From: Lingula anatina
Taxonomy: Eukaryota > Animalia > Brachiopoda
DNA length: 64,000 nucleotides
Direction: 5' to 3'
Assembly: GCA_051362555.1 (NCBI GenBank)
Contig: CM120640.1
Coordinates: 69,170,788 to 69,234,787, forward strand
Shown: piece after piece, positions 28,616-40,759 of the stretch
How positions within the stretch are numbered: position 1 is the stretch's first letter
Layout: each line of letters starts with the position of its first letter
Notes under the pieces: generated by a model
Seen by the model: only the letters and a program-made list of their open reading frames with translations
Told to the model about the DNA's origin: nothing
Database searches by the model: none
Translations under genes and position numbers: made by a program

Positions 28616-28860
28616 TTTTTACCTCCGCCAAGGAGGTTATGTTTTCACCCCTGTTTGTCTGTCTGTCTGTCTGTCATCAACATAACTCAAAAAGTTACGG
28701 ACCGATTTTGATGAAATTTTCAGGAACTGTCAGAAGTGGGCGATCCGGATCAATAATCAATCGATAAACAAAAATATCGAAAATTAAGGGGTGAAGCGGC
28801 ATTGGATGGAGACTTTGTTGCCTTGGCGGAGGTATGCGCCCTCTGAGTGCTTTTCTAGTT
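28616..28860 (+). mobile_element. Non-autonomous Helentron-associated element (HINE/DINE-1-like)
   Basis: T-run start. Subterminal inverted repeat ACCTCCGCCAAGG (28621-28633) / CCTTGGCGGAGGT (28821-28833). (GTCT)n microsatellite near the 5' end, short imperfect 3' palindrome, CTAGTT end. Confidence 0.85.
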
Positions 28861-29051
28861 ATTGATAAAATCAACAGTAAGTCCTTACAGAAAAATCCCC
28901 AAACCCAATTTGACAATATGCCAAAAGCACCTCTATTCGTACAGATTGTAAGTAAATATTTCTAACTTACAGATATTCAAAGATGAAGGGCGGGTGTTTT
29001 GACAATATGCCAAAACTCCCTACAGCCTATCGCGAATAAAATTTCTAACTC

Positions 29052-32000
29052 TTATGGCAAAACAGCTTGCATTGCCACGAGAAATTGCCATACAACTAGA
29101 GCTATAAAGTAATGCTTGTTGTTGAGAGACGCTGCTGCAGACAGCCTACTGTGGGCATTGCAGTTATCTGTGCTGCAGCAGAGAAAACAGAACTTCCTGT
29201 CGTTGACCGTGCGACACTGGGTGTGTGCGTGGTCACTGCAGCTGATCACCGACATGGCCTCGGTTCCGATTTTGGCCTCCAAATGGGGCTTACATCCACG
29301 ATGGTAATAATCCACGGCGCCTTTGGTCTCTCGTGAGATCTGTAACGAATAATAAGGTATATATACTTTATGTGAAATATTAATGTAAGTTATTTGAAAC
29401 TGCTGAGTTGAATTCTTGAAGAAAAAATTAAGGGCAGTGAGGAAAATAGCTTAGCCAGGGTGGGGTGTTCTTAAGCCAAAACGTTGATACACTGTTGCTG
29501 TTTGGAAATAATTAAACTTTGTGAAACACACACAAAAATTAAAAAGAAAATTACGTTTGTTTTCTATTTTAATTGTAGGCCTATACTACACATACCCAGC
29601 AATGCCCATCAGCACACTGGACGGTGTTGAATTCCCTGGTATCGTCACACATCTTGAATGCAGTATGAGTGCAGTTTTGACAGATGCGGCCCTGAAAACG
29701 CACGATAGAAATAAAGCCAAAGAAGGAGAGAGGAAGGTATATATCTTCAAACGACTGTTTTGAAACGATACATTTACATAAAAAATCTTTAAATTTGTTT
29801 TACTTTCCAGATCGATCGAAAAGCTGTAATTTTTCCTGCCTCAAAAACTACTATCCAAAGGATAAAGGTTTAACAAAATCATACTCACGGTGGCGTCTGA
29901 GAGGAAAATGCAAATATAGAAGAAAAAATAAGCAAACCCATTTACCAGAACAATTACTGCTGTTTAATATATCAATACAATGACATTATAAAGTAGATTT
30001 AAAGAAAAAAGAAGAGTGAATGAAAGCAAGAGGGTTAAACACATTTAATCATCTTCAAATTTTCGCAAAAGATGGATACTGAACAAAAACTATACAGAAA
30101 GAACAATTACATGTTGGCGCTGGGGTAGTAGTGGTGTGATTGTTTCCACTGCGGGGTGTCGTCTGCGTCGTTTCCGTCTCTGTTTGGTCACCGGAGCCAT
30201 CGTCCGTGCTCGGCCCCTCTGTTGAATGATGGGTACTGTTGAATTCTGAAGCGTTCATTATCACAACGGTGACGTCTGGATCATCGTCTGGAGCATGTGA
30301 CGTTGCCATGGTTACGGAGTTTGTTAATACATGTGTCGTGATGCTAATGGTTTCTCTGCTGATCATTTCAGTAGCTGAGGGTGCCACGTCCACCGAGATA
30401 ACTCCACTGATGAACAAGGACAAGAACAAACCTGGATAATGACAATAATGCGCTCTAACTAAAATGATGAGATATTTCTAAAATCAGAGATGTAAATATT
30501 GTCAGTTATTTTTCCAGAATTGACTGTGATAAATTGTCGCAAAGCCTTTGATACAGTTAGCTATAGCAATGACAAATAACCAATTTCAAGCCGAGAAAAG
30601 TAAAATAAAATCTTTGAGTAATACACAATAGGTGGTTAGAGTTATGTGCCCTGTGGAACAAGTCTGAATTGAGTCAAATATGTACATTCATGGCCCAGTC
30701 ACTGGTGTTTTCAGTTGTAAATCCCGAAGGAGACTTTGGGAAGTTTGTGGATGAGAAAATCTGACCGCAAAAAGAAGGGTATTGCTGATTGCGTTGGAAT
30801 CGCCCAAGGAACTGTCTTTAAGAACAACCAGAGACAGCGCACAAAGCAAATTAACCAACCATGCATCAGTACTGGTCGTCCCCGTAAGGCTACAGCCTTG
30901 GAGGATCATAAATGCTACCAGATATGTCGTAAACAAAGGAAGATTCGCCGCTACCAATGGCTCGCCAACTTCACTGCCGCCAAATGCGTCATTGCTTCTT
31001 GTTTCATGTAATCTTCGAGAGAGGATTGCTGCAGATTGAGATGGGATCTGCTGCCCACGGTTGTACTTCTGTCCATCTTTGGGCCGTTATCCCATGAGAG
31101 AGCGTAGATGTTGTATCTTGTATGTCCTCCGTATGCTACGGTCAATTTGGTAGTTAGTTTCTTTTCCAATGTGGCAATGCTGCATTTCACCGTGCTTGCA
31201 AAATACAACAATTCTTCAAAAACCAGGCTATTGGGCCAATAGAGTGATCTGTGTATTATCCTGGTTGAATTCCCATAGAACGCTGTACATGTTCTAGACT
31301 GTGCACAAAGGAGGAGAGAGGTCCACCCAACTGCACTGGATGGGTCGAGACAGGATCTTGCTGAAGAGAGGACTAATGTCAGCCAGAGGTACATCAGCAA
31401 CTGGTCGAGTCAGTGGCACAAAGTGCATAAGAGTTTTCATGTCATGACTTTACCTTTGGTTGATTCCGGCGCTGTTTGCCAATTTTCGCTTCCTTGAACA
31501 TGACATTTGCTTTTCGCTATAAATTGCTGATAATTAGTCAGACTTATGAACTATCACCAGAGGGAACCCAAACAGAAATAAAGTTTCCTTTTATACTGTA
31601 TTTGAAGTTAGAACACGGGATTATAATAAAACACCAATGAGCTAGTTGGATTTAATGCGCAGTTAAAACATTCTGTTGAAATTTTCCATTATTTGTAGAA
31701 AGCGTGTGTAACTGGGTGTGTCGTCCAAGATGCAGATTTATTCCTTCTAACCCCGGTTTAATTAGAACGAAACACATTTGTCTCTTTTGAAGTATTTGGA
31801 TTTTCGTGCCTGGCCTCTGAACTAACAGTATTTGGAACGACATTCGGTAAGAAAATAAATCTCAAATACATGTACACCGACTGCCCAGCAGGTTAATCTT
31901 TATCCTAATCTCTTCGATTAAACATCGTAAATACCCGACTCTGGGTCTTAGGTTCTGTGGGTAGATGATACTCAGCTACCCTGAGTTTCGTTCCAGCTAA

Positions 32001-35000
32001 AGCCAATCTTGTTTCCCTAGATAACCCTGAAAACCTGTAAAATGTATAAAGATGGCCAGGCACTGAATGGATGAGTAGACGGTTTTGTCTTTTTAGACAA
32101 CTGGAACCCAGGGTATAATCACCAGCATTATCCGATTTCATCAAAGAGCATGAACACCAGAGAAATAAGCTAGCTTTATAGAGCTTTAATCTCAATAGGC
32201 TGGCGTGTATCAAGTGCTCCCGATCACAGGGCGGGAAGTTAACACCACCTGAGAAATTCACTCTTGACAGTTCTCTGGCTTATTCAATACACTTTCCTGT
32301 GCCCAACAGCATTTATATATGGGATTGTCATCAACGAGTTGGCTTCCCGTAAAGAGTACATTAGAAATATTGTTTGGAAGTTTTGCTAATTGAAAAACTA
32401 TTTATTTTAAATAAATATGCACTAATTGCCGTAAATTTACAAATATGAGAGTGAGAAAAATACTAAAACCCGAACTATAATAAAATGATTTTAAAAATTA
32501 GTAGCCCCGTGTTAAAGCACACTTTTTTCATTTCAAGTTTTAGTTTTTATCTCAACTATAGTCCCAAAGGTCCAGTATTCTACAACGAATTTGATTAAAG
32601 GTACACTGTACGTGTTTGAAAATCCCCAAAATTCATATTATCTATAACTACATATCCTGCAAAGCTACTAATCTTACCCCATCCAATTCAGGCCTTAAAA
32701 ACTACGAAACCCCTAAAATAAAAATACATGTACTTCATGGCGATAGTTCTCGATAGTCGATAGATTTTGCTCGATGTGACCATAGAATAAAATATTTTTG
32801 GATTCCCCTATTTGAGGCACAACAGTTTACATATGTAGAGGCCATGATTTAAACAAAAATTGAAATATCTGGATCAGGATCCGGCCCACCTTTAAACTGG
32901 ACCATCTCAACATGCAATCACATGGTTTGATTCAGATCATTTCAGCCATTTTTGAGGAAGTTATAGAACTAGACAGGAAAGCTGGCAAATACACAGGCAC
33001 TTTTCAGATATAAAAACCAATTTATATATAAACAAGCACATTCCAGTCAAAAAAGTATCAAAAATAATCCGATCATGCTCATTCATTTCAGAATTGGGAA
33101 ATTAAAGCAATCTTATGAACGCCGATACCCACAATAAATAACCTGTTGTAACCACACAGATCAGTTGTGCATTTCCGCTGTGATTGATGATAGTTCTCGT
33201 TAATCAAACTGACAGGAAATTGTTCCAGAATGCTGTTATTACCACTTTCATTTTACTGCAACATGGTTATGGTTTTGGGAACACGTGTCGATATATTAAA
33301 GGGGTGGCAGCTCTTCGTTTTGACGCCATAAAACGAGTTTTCCTGGGGTAAACGACAATTTTCCCTTAGTTACCTATGGTTAATGAATCTGTTCCGACAT
33401 TTAAAGTTATATAATTAATCGTTTGTTTTTAAGAGTATGTTTTTAGTAATAATCTCTTTAGATTTTAGATTCTTTAGAGATTATTACGGAGGGTAGCAAT
33501 CAATGAGGGTTCTCTATCTTGCGAAATCCGGATATTACAATTAACAATATTGGTGTTCAAATGCAATTTATTACTTTTTTATATGCTGTTAAAGATGTAT
33601 TTATTGTTGTATTTGAATCTTATACCTTAACAAAAGGGAAATCAGTCGGTCCATATGAACTATGGCAAATACTGGCCAATAAGCTATAGTACAAATGAAA
33701 AAAGAGAAAGTAAAACATAAAATAAACGTGTACATATTCTAATAGGATAGCATTGGTTGGCGTATAAACACTATTTTTGTACAAACACCATCAGTGTTAA
33801 AGCCACCAGGGCGATTGTGCCAACTCATGGAGAAGGCCGCATGGGATCGCCCTCTGACCAAATCGTGCACAAAACGTGTCCAACCTTGCCCAACCGTGCC
33901 AAGCAGCGGAATGTTTCGCACTGATCACTTGCCCATAACTTTAAACACCTTAATAAGAAAAAAAACGTTTTTTGCTGTGATGAGTAGTGAAGATATATAC
34001 AGACTTGACATTTAATATGGAATATTTTTTTCCACATCATTTTTTATCAGTTTTTTCCTATTTTGCTGACTAATAAATGAAAACAAGGATTAAAATCGTG
34101 TTTTAATAACTTTTAATTATCTCTTTGATGTCATTGTGACATCAGTTCATTAATGGAATTCACCAGAGAAGCAAACAAAAATACATTGCCTATTCTATGT
34201 CATACGAAAACCATTAAAAGAGATATTTTGGACCTCCATATTTTCCAAATTATTGTCTGTAAAAGAGTTACACACTCCACAAAGGACCCTCATGTCAGTG
34301 TCTAGTCACAGCAGTGGTCGCTGTTACGCCTGTCCTCTTCTGGCTGCTACCAGCGCTCTCAAGTGGCAAGGCATTCCTTGGGATATGTTTTTAAAGTTCA
34401 ATCTGGAATAGCATTCCAGGCACCGGTCAAAATCTGTCTAATTTGGTTCCGTTTTGTTGTAGGACATGTAGGCCATTGATTCGGCCAGTAATAGCCTACC
34501 CACATATTGTCTGTGTGGTTCAAATGTGGCGATTTTGATGACCAAGGTAGCTGCTCATTCCCTTGGTTCTGTAAGTAAGCTGCTTTTAAAAGTGCTCTGT
34601 GTGAACGGGCAATCTCACCGTGCCACCTAAAATTGTTCCTAAGTTGCCCCCTATCAAATGATAGCCAAGTGGTTCCCAGATTATTTCTTTATTTGATCTG
34701 GTTCAGGTTTTCGTTGATGACTACCAGTGGTGTTTTGGCACCAATATGGTATCCACTTCAAATACTGACGCTTTTAATGACTTTAGTCATTTCAGACGCG
34801 GCACACGCTTCGTCATTGGCCTCTTCTGGTCGCTGTAAACTCTGTTTTGACTGTTGAGCGGTACAGGTGAAATCTGACCTCAACAAAGAAAGCCACGAGA
34901 TTTCAGGGTTCAACCCAGAAACAGTCAAGGTCTCCAATTCATTAGAGAAACATACAACGATGTTTTGCTGTTTACAGTGGGTTCCTCGGAGGTCGTCTGG

Positions 35001-36406
35001 TATTCTAACCTGCTAAAACCAGTTTGGTGTTCGCTTAGGGCCTTGAAAAATGCGTTTTGGTGGCAATTTACCCCTCATTCTGAACAGACTGGTTGTTTTT
35101 TGTTTAGTTGCAACAGCATATCCCGAAAGACAGTGGGTCCTTACCCTGGTGGTAAGATTTCAATACATAGGGTGTGGCCTCTGTGTAGGTACATCAGTCT
35201 GGGCATTACTCTATAAAACTGTGCGGACCGTTTCGTTTGGCACAATTATCTGTCTGGCAATGCCTGTCTTTTTCGCGCCATTCTGCCACAGATTAACAAA
35301 TTTGTAAAGCACTGCATAGCTCATTTTACACACTGCAAACCCGACCACCTGCATGCAAAATTTCAAATTCTTCTATGCAGTAGTTGCCGACATATGGATA
35401 GTTTTTTGACAGAACCATGCTTTGCCAAAACCAAGCCTTGACCTGCCCAAAGGAGCACTACCAAATTAAATCACTGCATATTACATAATGCAGCAGCGCA
35501 ACAAACCTGGTATTCAGTTAATTGGTAGCGACACACCTGACTACACACTTCTCCATTCACATATCTTATATGAGATCGGAGTTTGTGAAAAAAGAACGCA
35601 TTTTCACCTAGGCATACCTTCGAAACTGAAATATTCCATATTAAATGTCAAGTCTGTATATATATACAATAGCAGCTCAGTGAATGTAGCTCGCATATGT
35701 GCTACAGCTATTGCTACTTAGTTTTGTTAACGATTTGTCACGTATATTTTTGCTGAAGTGATTAAAAAATACAGAAGTGTACTCTGCGTGATCTAACTTT
35801 ACTACATTGTGTGTACATTCCATCACCACATGATGATGCAGAAGTTACGAAAATAAATGTATTTCACATAACGCTGCTCCATTGTCACTGAAAAAAAATC
35901 TATGTCGAGCAGTTTCATTAGCCGTGTTTTATATAAACAGAGTTCTATTTGTTACTAGCTGTAAAAATGATGGGACTGAGTTATCCAACCTTTACCTGCT
36001 ATTCCTCAGGGAGGGGGGCGAGCATAGGAAGGGGGGCACCTGTCTGACACAGCACACCTAAGGAGTGATAGGAAGTATTACCTAGCACAGCCTTCATTTC
36101 ACTGATGAATTCTGTCAGCAGGCGAAATGTTGGCTGATAAATCTCAGTTCATTTTTTCTAGCTAGTGACAAATGAAACTCTGTTAATAAAAATGTAGCAC
36201 TTTTCCTCTCATATTGTTTGGCTGGTAATAGATAAAAAAACATTAATCCCATAGTAATATACTGTATTTTATGGTTAAGCTATGATATTATATGTTGTAC
36301 ATTTTTTTTGCTTACGTTAGAAATAGTTTGTTGTTTTTTCCTGCGTCAGTTTGAAATACTATAACTTACCTGCTGTATAGATAGTTTGTTGATGACATAC
36401 CGCCAT
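29052..36406 (-). CDS. GPI-anchored Ly6/uPAR (three-finger, quiver-like) protein with an N-terminal Thr/Ser-rich mucin region, 249 aa
   Basis: complement(join(29052..29339,29596..29691,29889..29896,30111..30431,36370..36406)) = 750 nt, all GT-AG. Signal peptide MAVCHQQTIYTAGLFLSLFISGVIS, then a Thr-rich region with NAS/NST/NHT sequons. LU-like domain RICQNC...MC...QC...HCW...RGC...SC...QC...FCFLCCSTDNCN carries the CCxxDxCN signature. Hydrophobic C-terminal GPI-like signal YFIALVVWQFLVAMQAVLP*. Exon 1 is assigned by phase and signal-peptide fit. Confidence 0.85.
29889..29896 (-). CDS. 8-nt microexon (ACGCCACC) of the Ly6/uPAR gene
   Basis: Minus strand reads tatttgcattttcctctcag|ACGCCACC|gtgagt. 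It is needed to bridge the phase-1 end of exon 30111..30431 to the phase-0 start of exon 29596..29691, and encodes Y-A-T. Confidence 0.85.
30700..31440 (+). mobile_element. Decayed Tc1/mariner transposase in intron 1 of the Ly6 gene
   Basis: HTH region IADCVGIAQGTVFK...TGRPRKATALEDH (GRPR linker). DDE-region remnant QCGNAAFHRACKIQQFFKNQAIGPIE*SVYYPG*IPIE resembles QDNAPxHR...WPxxSPDLNPIE. Contains stops, frameshifts and an apparent internal deletion. Confidence 0.75.
34290..35340 (-). mobile_element. Decayed near-full-length Tc1 transposase in intron 1 of the Ly6 gene
   Basis: Minus-strand pieces in the expected order: VNLWQNGAKKTGIARQIIVPNETVRTVL (HTH), VAFFVEVRFHL (compare VxFSDESRFxL), and HGEIARSHRALLKAAYLQNQGNEQLPWSSKSPHLNHTDNMW (compare HDNARPH...LPWPSKSPDLNPIENMW). 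Confidence 0.8.
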
Positions 36407-36477
36407 CTTCTTAAACAGAATGTCTCCTGGTTTCTAGAAGTCAATTACTTCCTTGTTAAATCAGAAAACGTTAATTT
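36290..36477 (+). repeat. Copy 1 of a roughly 190-bp direct duplication (copy 2 at 38704..38901)
   Basis: Collinear shared blocks such as tgcttacgttagaaa, aacttacctgct, cataccgccatcttc and tttctagaagtcaattacttccttgttaaatcag. Confidence 0.95.
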
Positions 36478-37565
36478 GAAACATCGACTATCGGTAAGTG
36501 AGTTAGTATCTGGTATGGCGATATCAATTAGATATGATGGAGATAAAGCATGTAACGACCTACTCGCGTCGACAAAGCAGAATAAATGTGACAGCGTTCA
36601 CAGAAAAATATGGGGCCTTTCCTAGACAGGTTACCATGGCAACGGAAGACAATTTTGTCTCACCTTCATTAAATGAGAAGACCACACAGTGTCGATCGAT
36701 ACCACATGTCAAGCTGTTTTCTGCATTCAACCACTATACTTACCTGTTCATAAATGATATACAGGGAAAACATGCGTAGAGCATTTAACTTTCAAACATG
36801 GCAGAATGGAACTTGTAGTCCGCGCTTATTAACCTTGATAATATCAGACATACAATGTATATGAAGACTGATTTAACTAACGCCATAGGTTTAAGGCATG
36901 TTTCGAATGCGAAAAATCAAATCTCTTCTTTCTGAACATTTAAGCCTCTTTAATTAAAGCAAGCAGCCCCTGGTTTTTGTTACTGTCTCTTTATTAAGAT
37001 ATTAATGGGGAAGAAAATTAACATCATATAAAATGTACAAGTAACTGGGAATGTCAAACCGACAGTTTCACGTAACGAACAAACTGATAATGGAGTCCTC
37101 TTAGGCAATGGAGTTATGAGTTTCATTTTCTCATCATTAATTGGAACCTGCGTTTTATTAATATTTAAAAACGCAAAGAATTGTGGCTTACGTATCACAG
37201 GTGCACGTCACACAGAGCAGGAAAACAAGACCACCAGCGTTCAACATAATGACAAATGGCGTTCCAATTATTTTTGCAATTACGATACTGGTCGGTTGGC
37301 ATGCTATCTCTGGAAGATATTTCGCACCAGCTGGGGTCGCCAAATGTCACGCGTAATTGTCTAAATAGTTCCAAATTGTGAATGTCACAAATCCAGCTGG
37401 TGCAAGGCGTTTTAAGGTCCTTGCATGACGTTCATTACATTGTAGACTACAGTATTTAGGGGCACACAGTCCAATTACCTTTCCATTCCTCTGAAAACGA
37501 TACCTTCATTTCTCTCAGGCTCAACTTATTACACTTTCTTCATCATTCTCTGACATAGCTCAAGG

Positions 37566-40002
37566 ATGCTTCAAAGCGCATTAATGTTTTTGCAAGCAAT
37601 TGCATTTCTTACCTGCTGCAAATATGTCCGACCTTCTTGTCGTATCACCGGGAAAGATATATCAAAGTTCTTGTCAGACGGAGATGAAAAATTCCTTGAG
37701 GAAGCATGCTCTTCATGGAACGATTATGCTACACAGGGTCACACGGGTGTGATCGAACTCTTCCAAGCGCAAGACATATGGCTGTGTAGACTGGGATCTT
37801 CGCGGTCTCTGGACTGCGACATAAGCGGGATACAGGGTGCGGCAAGACGGGACGTAAAGAGAAGTGCCTACTACAAGAAATGCCCGAAAGGACCCACATT
37901 ACGCAAAGAAATACGATCACTCACATACTCAGAGCGAAGAAGATTTCTCAAAGCAGTACAGAAACTCAAAAATACATTTGTTGGGAATGTTAGCCGCTAT
38001 GATATCATCGCAAGACTCCACGACCCGACCATAGCTCCGCAAGCGCATTTTAGTGCAGCGTTCCTGCCGTGGCACAGAGAGTATATTCTCAGGTAAGGGG
38101 GGATCTTCATTCCTCAAAAAAAGTGAACTTCTGAGTCACGACACTGACGCACATATTTTGACAAAACTTGCATAATTGTATGGTATTTTGCAGTATCGAA
38201 AGAAATCAAAAGTTTTAACTTTTTTTAAAAAAGTGATATACAACAGTTATGTGAATATCACACCAAATGTGTACCAAATGTTCACTTTTAATATTAAAAG
38301 AGGTGAAATGCAAAACTCGAATGTTCAGGGGAGTTTCACATTTATCATGCCAATTTGACTTCAAGAATATGAAGCAATTTCCAGTTAATTGTGATTAAAA
38401 TAGCTGGTCCCTTGTAAAGGTGCCTCTACCATTTATTTGATCTAACATCTTATTGTTGCCTTTTAACTTTTGCCTTCTGAACAGATAATTTCACCTCCCT
38501 CATTGCCAGCATGAATAGGAGACCTTTTTAAAACAGAAACTTCTGACCAGACATGGTCTTCCTTTAGTAGAGTATAAATGGCGGGGATGGGGGTGTAGAT
38601 GTCTTATCTTCTTGACTCTCCTTCGGAACTAAACCTTTGTAAACCTTTGCACATATCCTTTTCGAAGCTGTCGTAATGAAAAGAAAATATTTTTACTGAC
38701 ATGATATGTTGTACTTTTTTTCATTTGCTTACGTTAGAAACAGTCCGTTGTTTTTTTTTTTTCCTGCATCAGTTTGAAATGTTATTAACTTACCTGCTAT
38801 ATAGATATCTTGTTGATGCCATACCGCCATCTTCTTTAACAGAATGTCTTCAGGTTTCTAGAAGTCAATTACTTCCTTGTTAAATCAGCAGACGTTAATT
38901 TATATTTTTACTTGAAAAGCAGCATTCAAGACGCCAAGATTTAATTTGCCATGACGAATTTTTTCCAGGTTTCCCAACGTCAGTTTTATTGGTTCATAAT
39001 TTACCTTGCGCAGGTTTAACAGTTCTGCAGGGTTTTATTTCTTGGACATATTCTATTTCTTATTGATTTGTAAAATAGTTCGCCCACACTCAAAGTCTGT
39101 CGGCTACAATCTTATCAAAACTGACTCACTTTCTCTCCAGGTTTGAAAACGCTTTGAAAGAAATTGACTGTTTTGTTACATTGCCCTATTGGGACAGCAC
39201 CTTGGACTATGCACTGCCTGATGGAAGAGACTCTATTTTGTGGACGGATAAATATATGGGCAACGGCGATGGTCCCGTTGATTCGGGTCCTTTCTCGAAC
39301 TGGTCAATACCGGAAGAGGTTCAAAATAATGTACCAATATTTTCCACCCAATTCAGAGATATCCTTTTCAGGAGCACCTCAGAATCTCCTGGATTTTTCA
39401 CCCCGCGATCTATTGACGCCATATTTGAAGCCAGGAGGTTCCGCGAGTTGGTGTGGCCAGTTAATATCCTCTTTGAAGCAGTGCATGGACGGATACACAA
39501 CTGGGTCGGTGGTCATATGCGATATCTTTTGAGTGTTGCTTTCGATCCCGTTTTCTGGCTACACCACGCATTCGTAGATTGTCTGTGGGAAGAATGGCGG
39601 GAAAAGTTTCAAGAAGGTGATCCAGAGATTGATTACGTCACAGAAGATGGCGAACTTCATGACTCTCCGAACCTGGCCGACTTTGCCCGAGGTGACGCAC
39701 GTATGCTACCTTTTGAGAAGGGATTTCTTAATAAAGATGGATTAAGAAATGATTACACGGAAAAGTACTATAAATGTGCCCCTAGGCCGACATGCTCCGT
39801 TAAACAGCCTACGTGTAACTCGCGGTATTTGTTTTGTGATGTGAGAACATACCGCTGTGTGTCTACGGTCCGGCCCGGTGGGAACTGTTCTGGATTCGAA
39901 AGCGTCCCGGGTGCATGTGCATCTGGGTTTCTATGTTGTGATAGTGTGTGTTCTCATACTTGTGAAAAACGTACAGATATGAGTAGTTATCGTACGACGT
40001 AA
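37566..40002 (+). CDS. Secreted tyrosinase / type-3 copper protein, 462 aa, two coding exons
   Basis: join(37566..38092,39141..40002), phase-2 GT-AG intron. Hydrophobic N-terminus and RKEIRSL motif. CuA histidines in RLHD, QAHF and PWHRE, then LPYWDS. CuB histidines in EAVHGRIHNWVGGHM and DPVFWLHHAFVD. Cys-rich C-terminal domain (CAPRPTCS...YLFC...). AATAAA at 40570. Confidence 0.95.
38704..38901 (+). repeat. Copy 2 of the roughly 190-bp direct duplication, in the tyrosinase intron
   Basis: Direct alignment by eye to 36290..36477. Confidence 0.95.
38794..38830 (-). other. Duplicate of the Ly6-gene start exon (ATG, frame and GTAAGT donor intact) inside the tyrosinase intron
   Basis: aagATGGCGGTATGGCATCAACAAGATATCTATATAGCAG|gtaagtt encodes MAVWHQQDIYIA-G in phase 1. 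It differs from 36370..36406 at 4 of 37 nt with no indel. Confidence 0.8.
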
Positions 40003-40759
40003 ACGTCGCATGTGTTAATCGCCTCAACAGTGACATCTTCCATCGATGTAAATTGCTTCTAAGAGAAACACTTTGGGAATCAAAGTTTGCAAGATATGGC
40101 ATAATTTCAAATCAGTTTGAACAAAATCAAAAGTATTGAGTGGCAGATTTTTTAAAATTCTTCATGCTGAGAGCAAACGCCATTGTTACTTTTGTTTTTT
40201 GACGTTTAAGCCTTAATGAGGATTTCATGAGACCAACTGATTGGAGGATTAACGTTGCATTCTTTGTGTCAGATTTTTTATGTTTAATAGAAAATGAACA
40301 TGGCAGGTGCGTAAATCTGCAATCAAGAATATATTGGCGAAAAAAAAATCATATGATATCAAGAGATCAATTCTCGTGAGTAGGCTGAATGGCTTGTGTA
40401 GGTTTAATTTCCTTACATTTTTATTAAAACTGCAGTTGGATGTACAAAAATGTGCACTTTGATAATGCATAATTCTAGGTAACTGATAAACTTAAATTAG
40501 TGAGGCTTCAGTGGTGAAAATGTATTTATTGACAACTATTTTGTATTCGCTGCGCCAATAGTCATTTGTAATAAAATCTTTTATAAAAAGAAAAAAATTG
40601 TTGACTTATTTCCGAATTGGATATGTAACGAAATACATTACTGTTAGCAAAAATGCAATTCGAACATGGCTACAAAAATGTTTTTGAATTCGAACCGTCT
40701 GCCTTTAGAGCCTGTCACATTGGGTAGAGCAGACACCTCTGCAGCAGACACCAGTGTTT

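Noticed and set aside
30951-31400. 149-aa minus-strand ORF with a signal-peptide-like start (MLMYLWLTLVLSSA), considered as Ly6 exon 1
   Set aside because: It is the antisense of the Tc1 fossil, and I found no suitable phase-1 donor.
31453-31505. Minus-strand ATG...AAG|gtaaag, considered as Ly6 first exon
   Set aside because: The ATG frames end in phase 0 or 2 and are not signal-like. Phase 1 is required and 36370..36406 fits.
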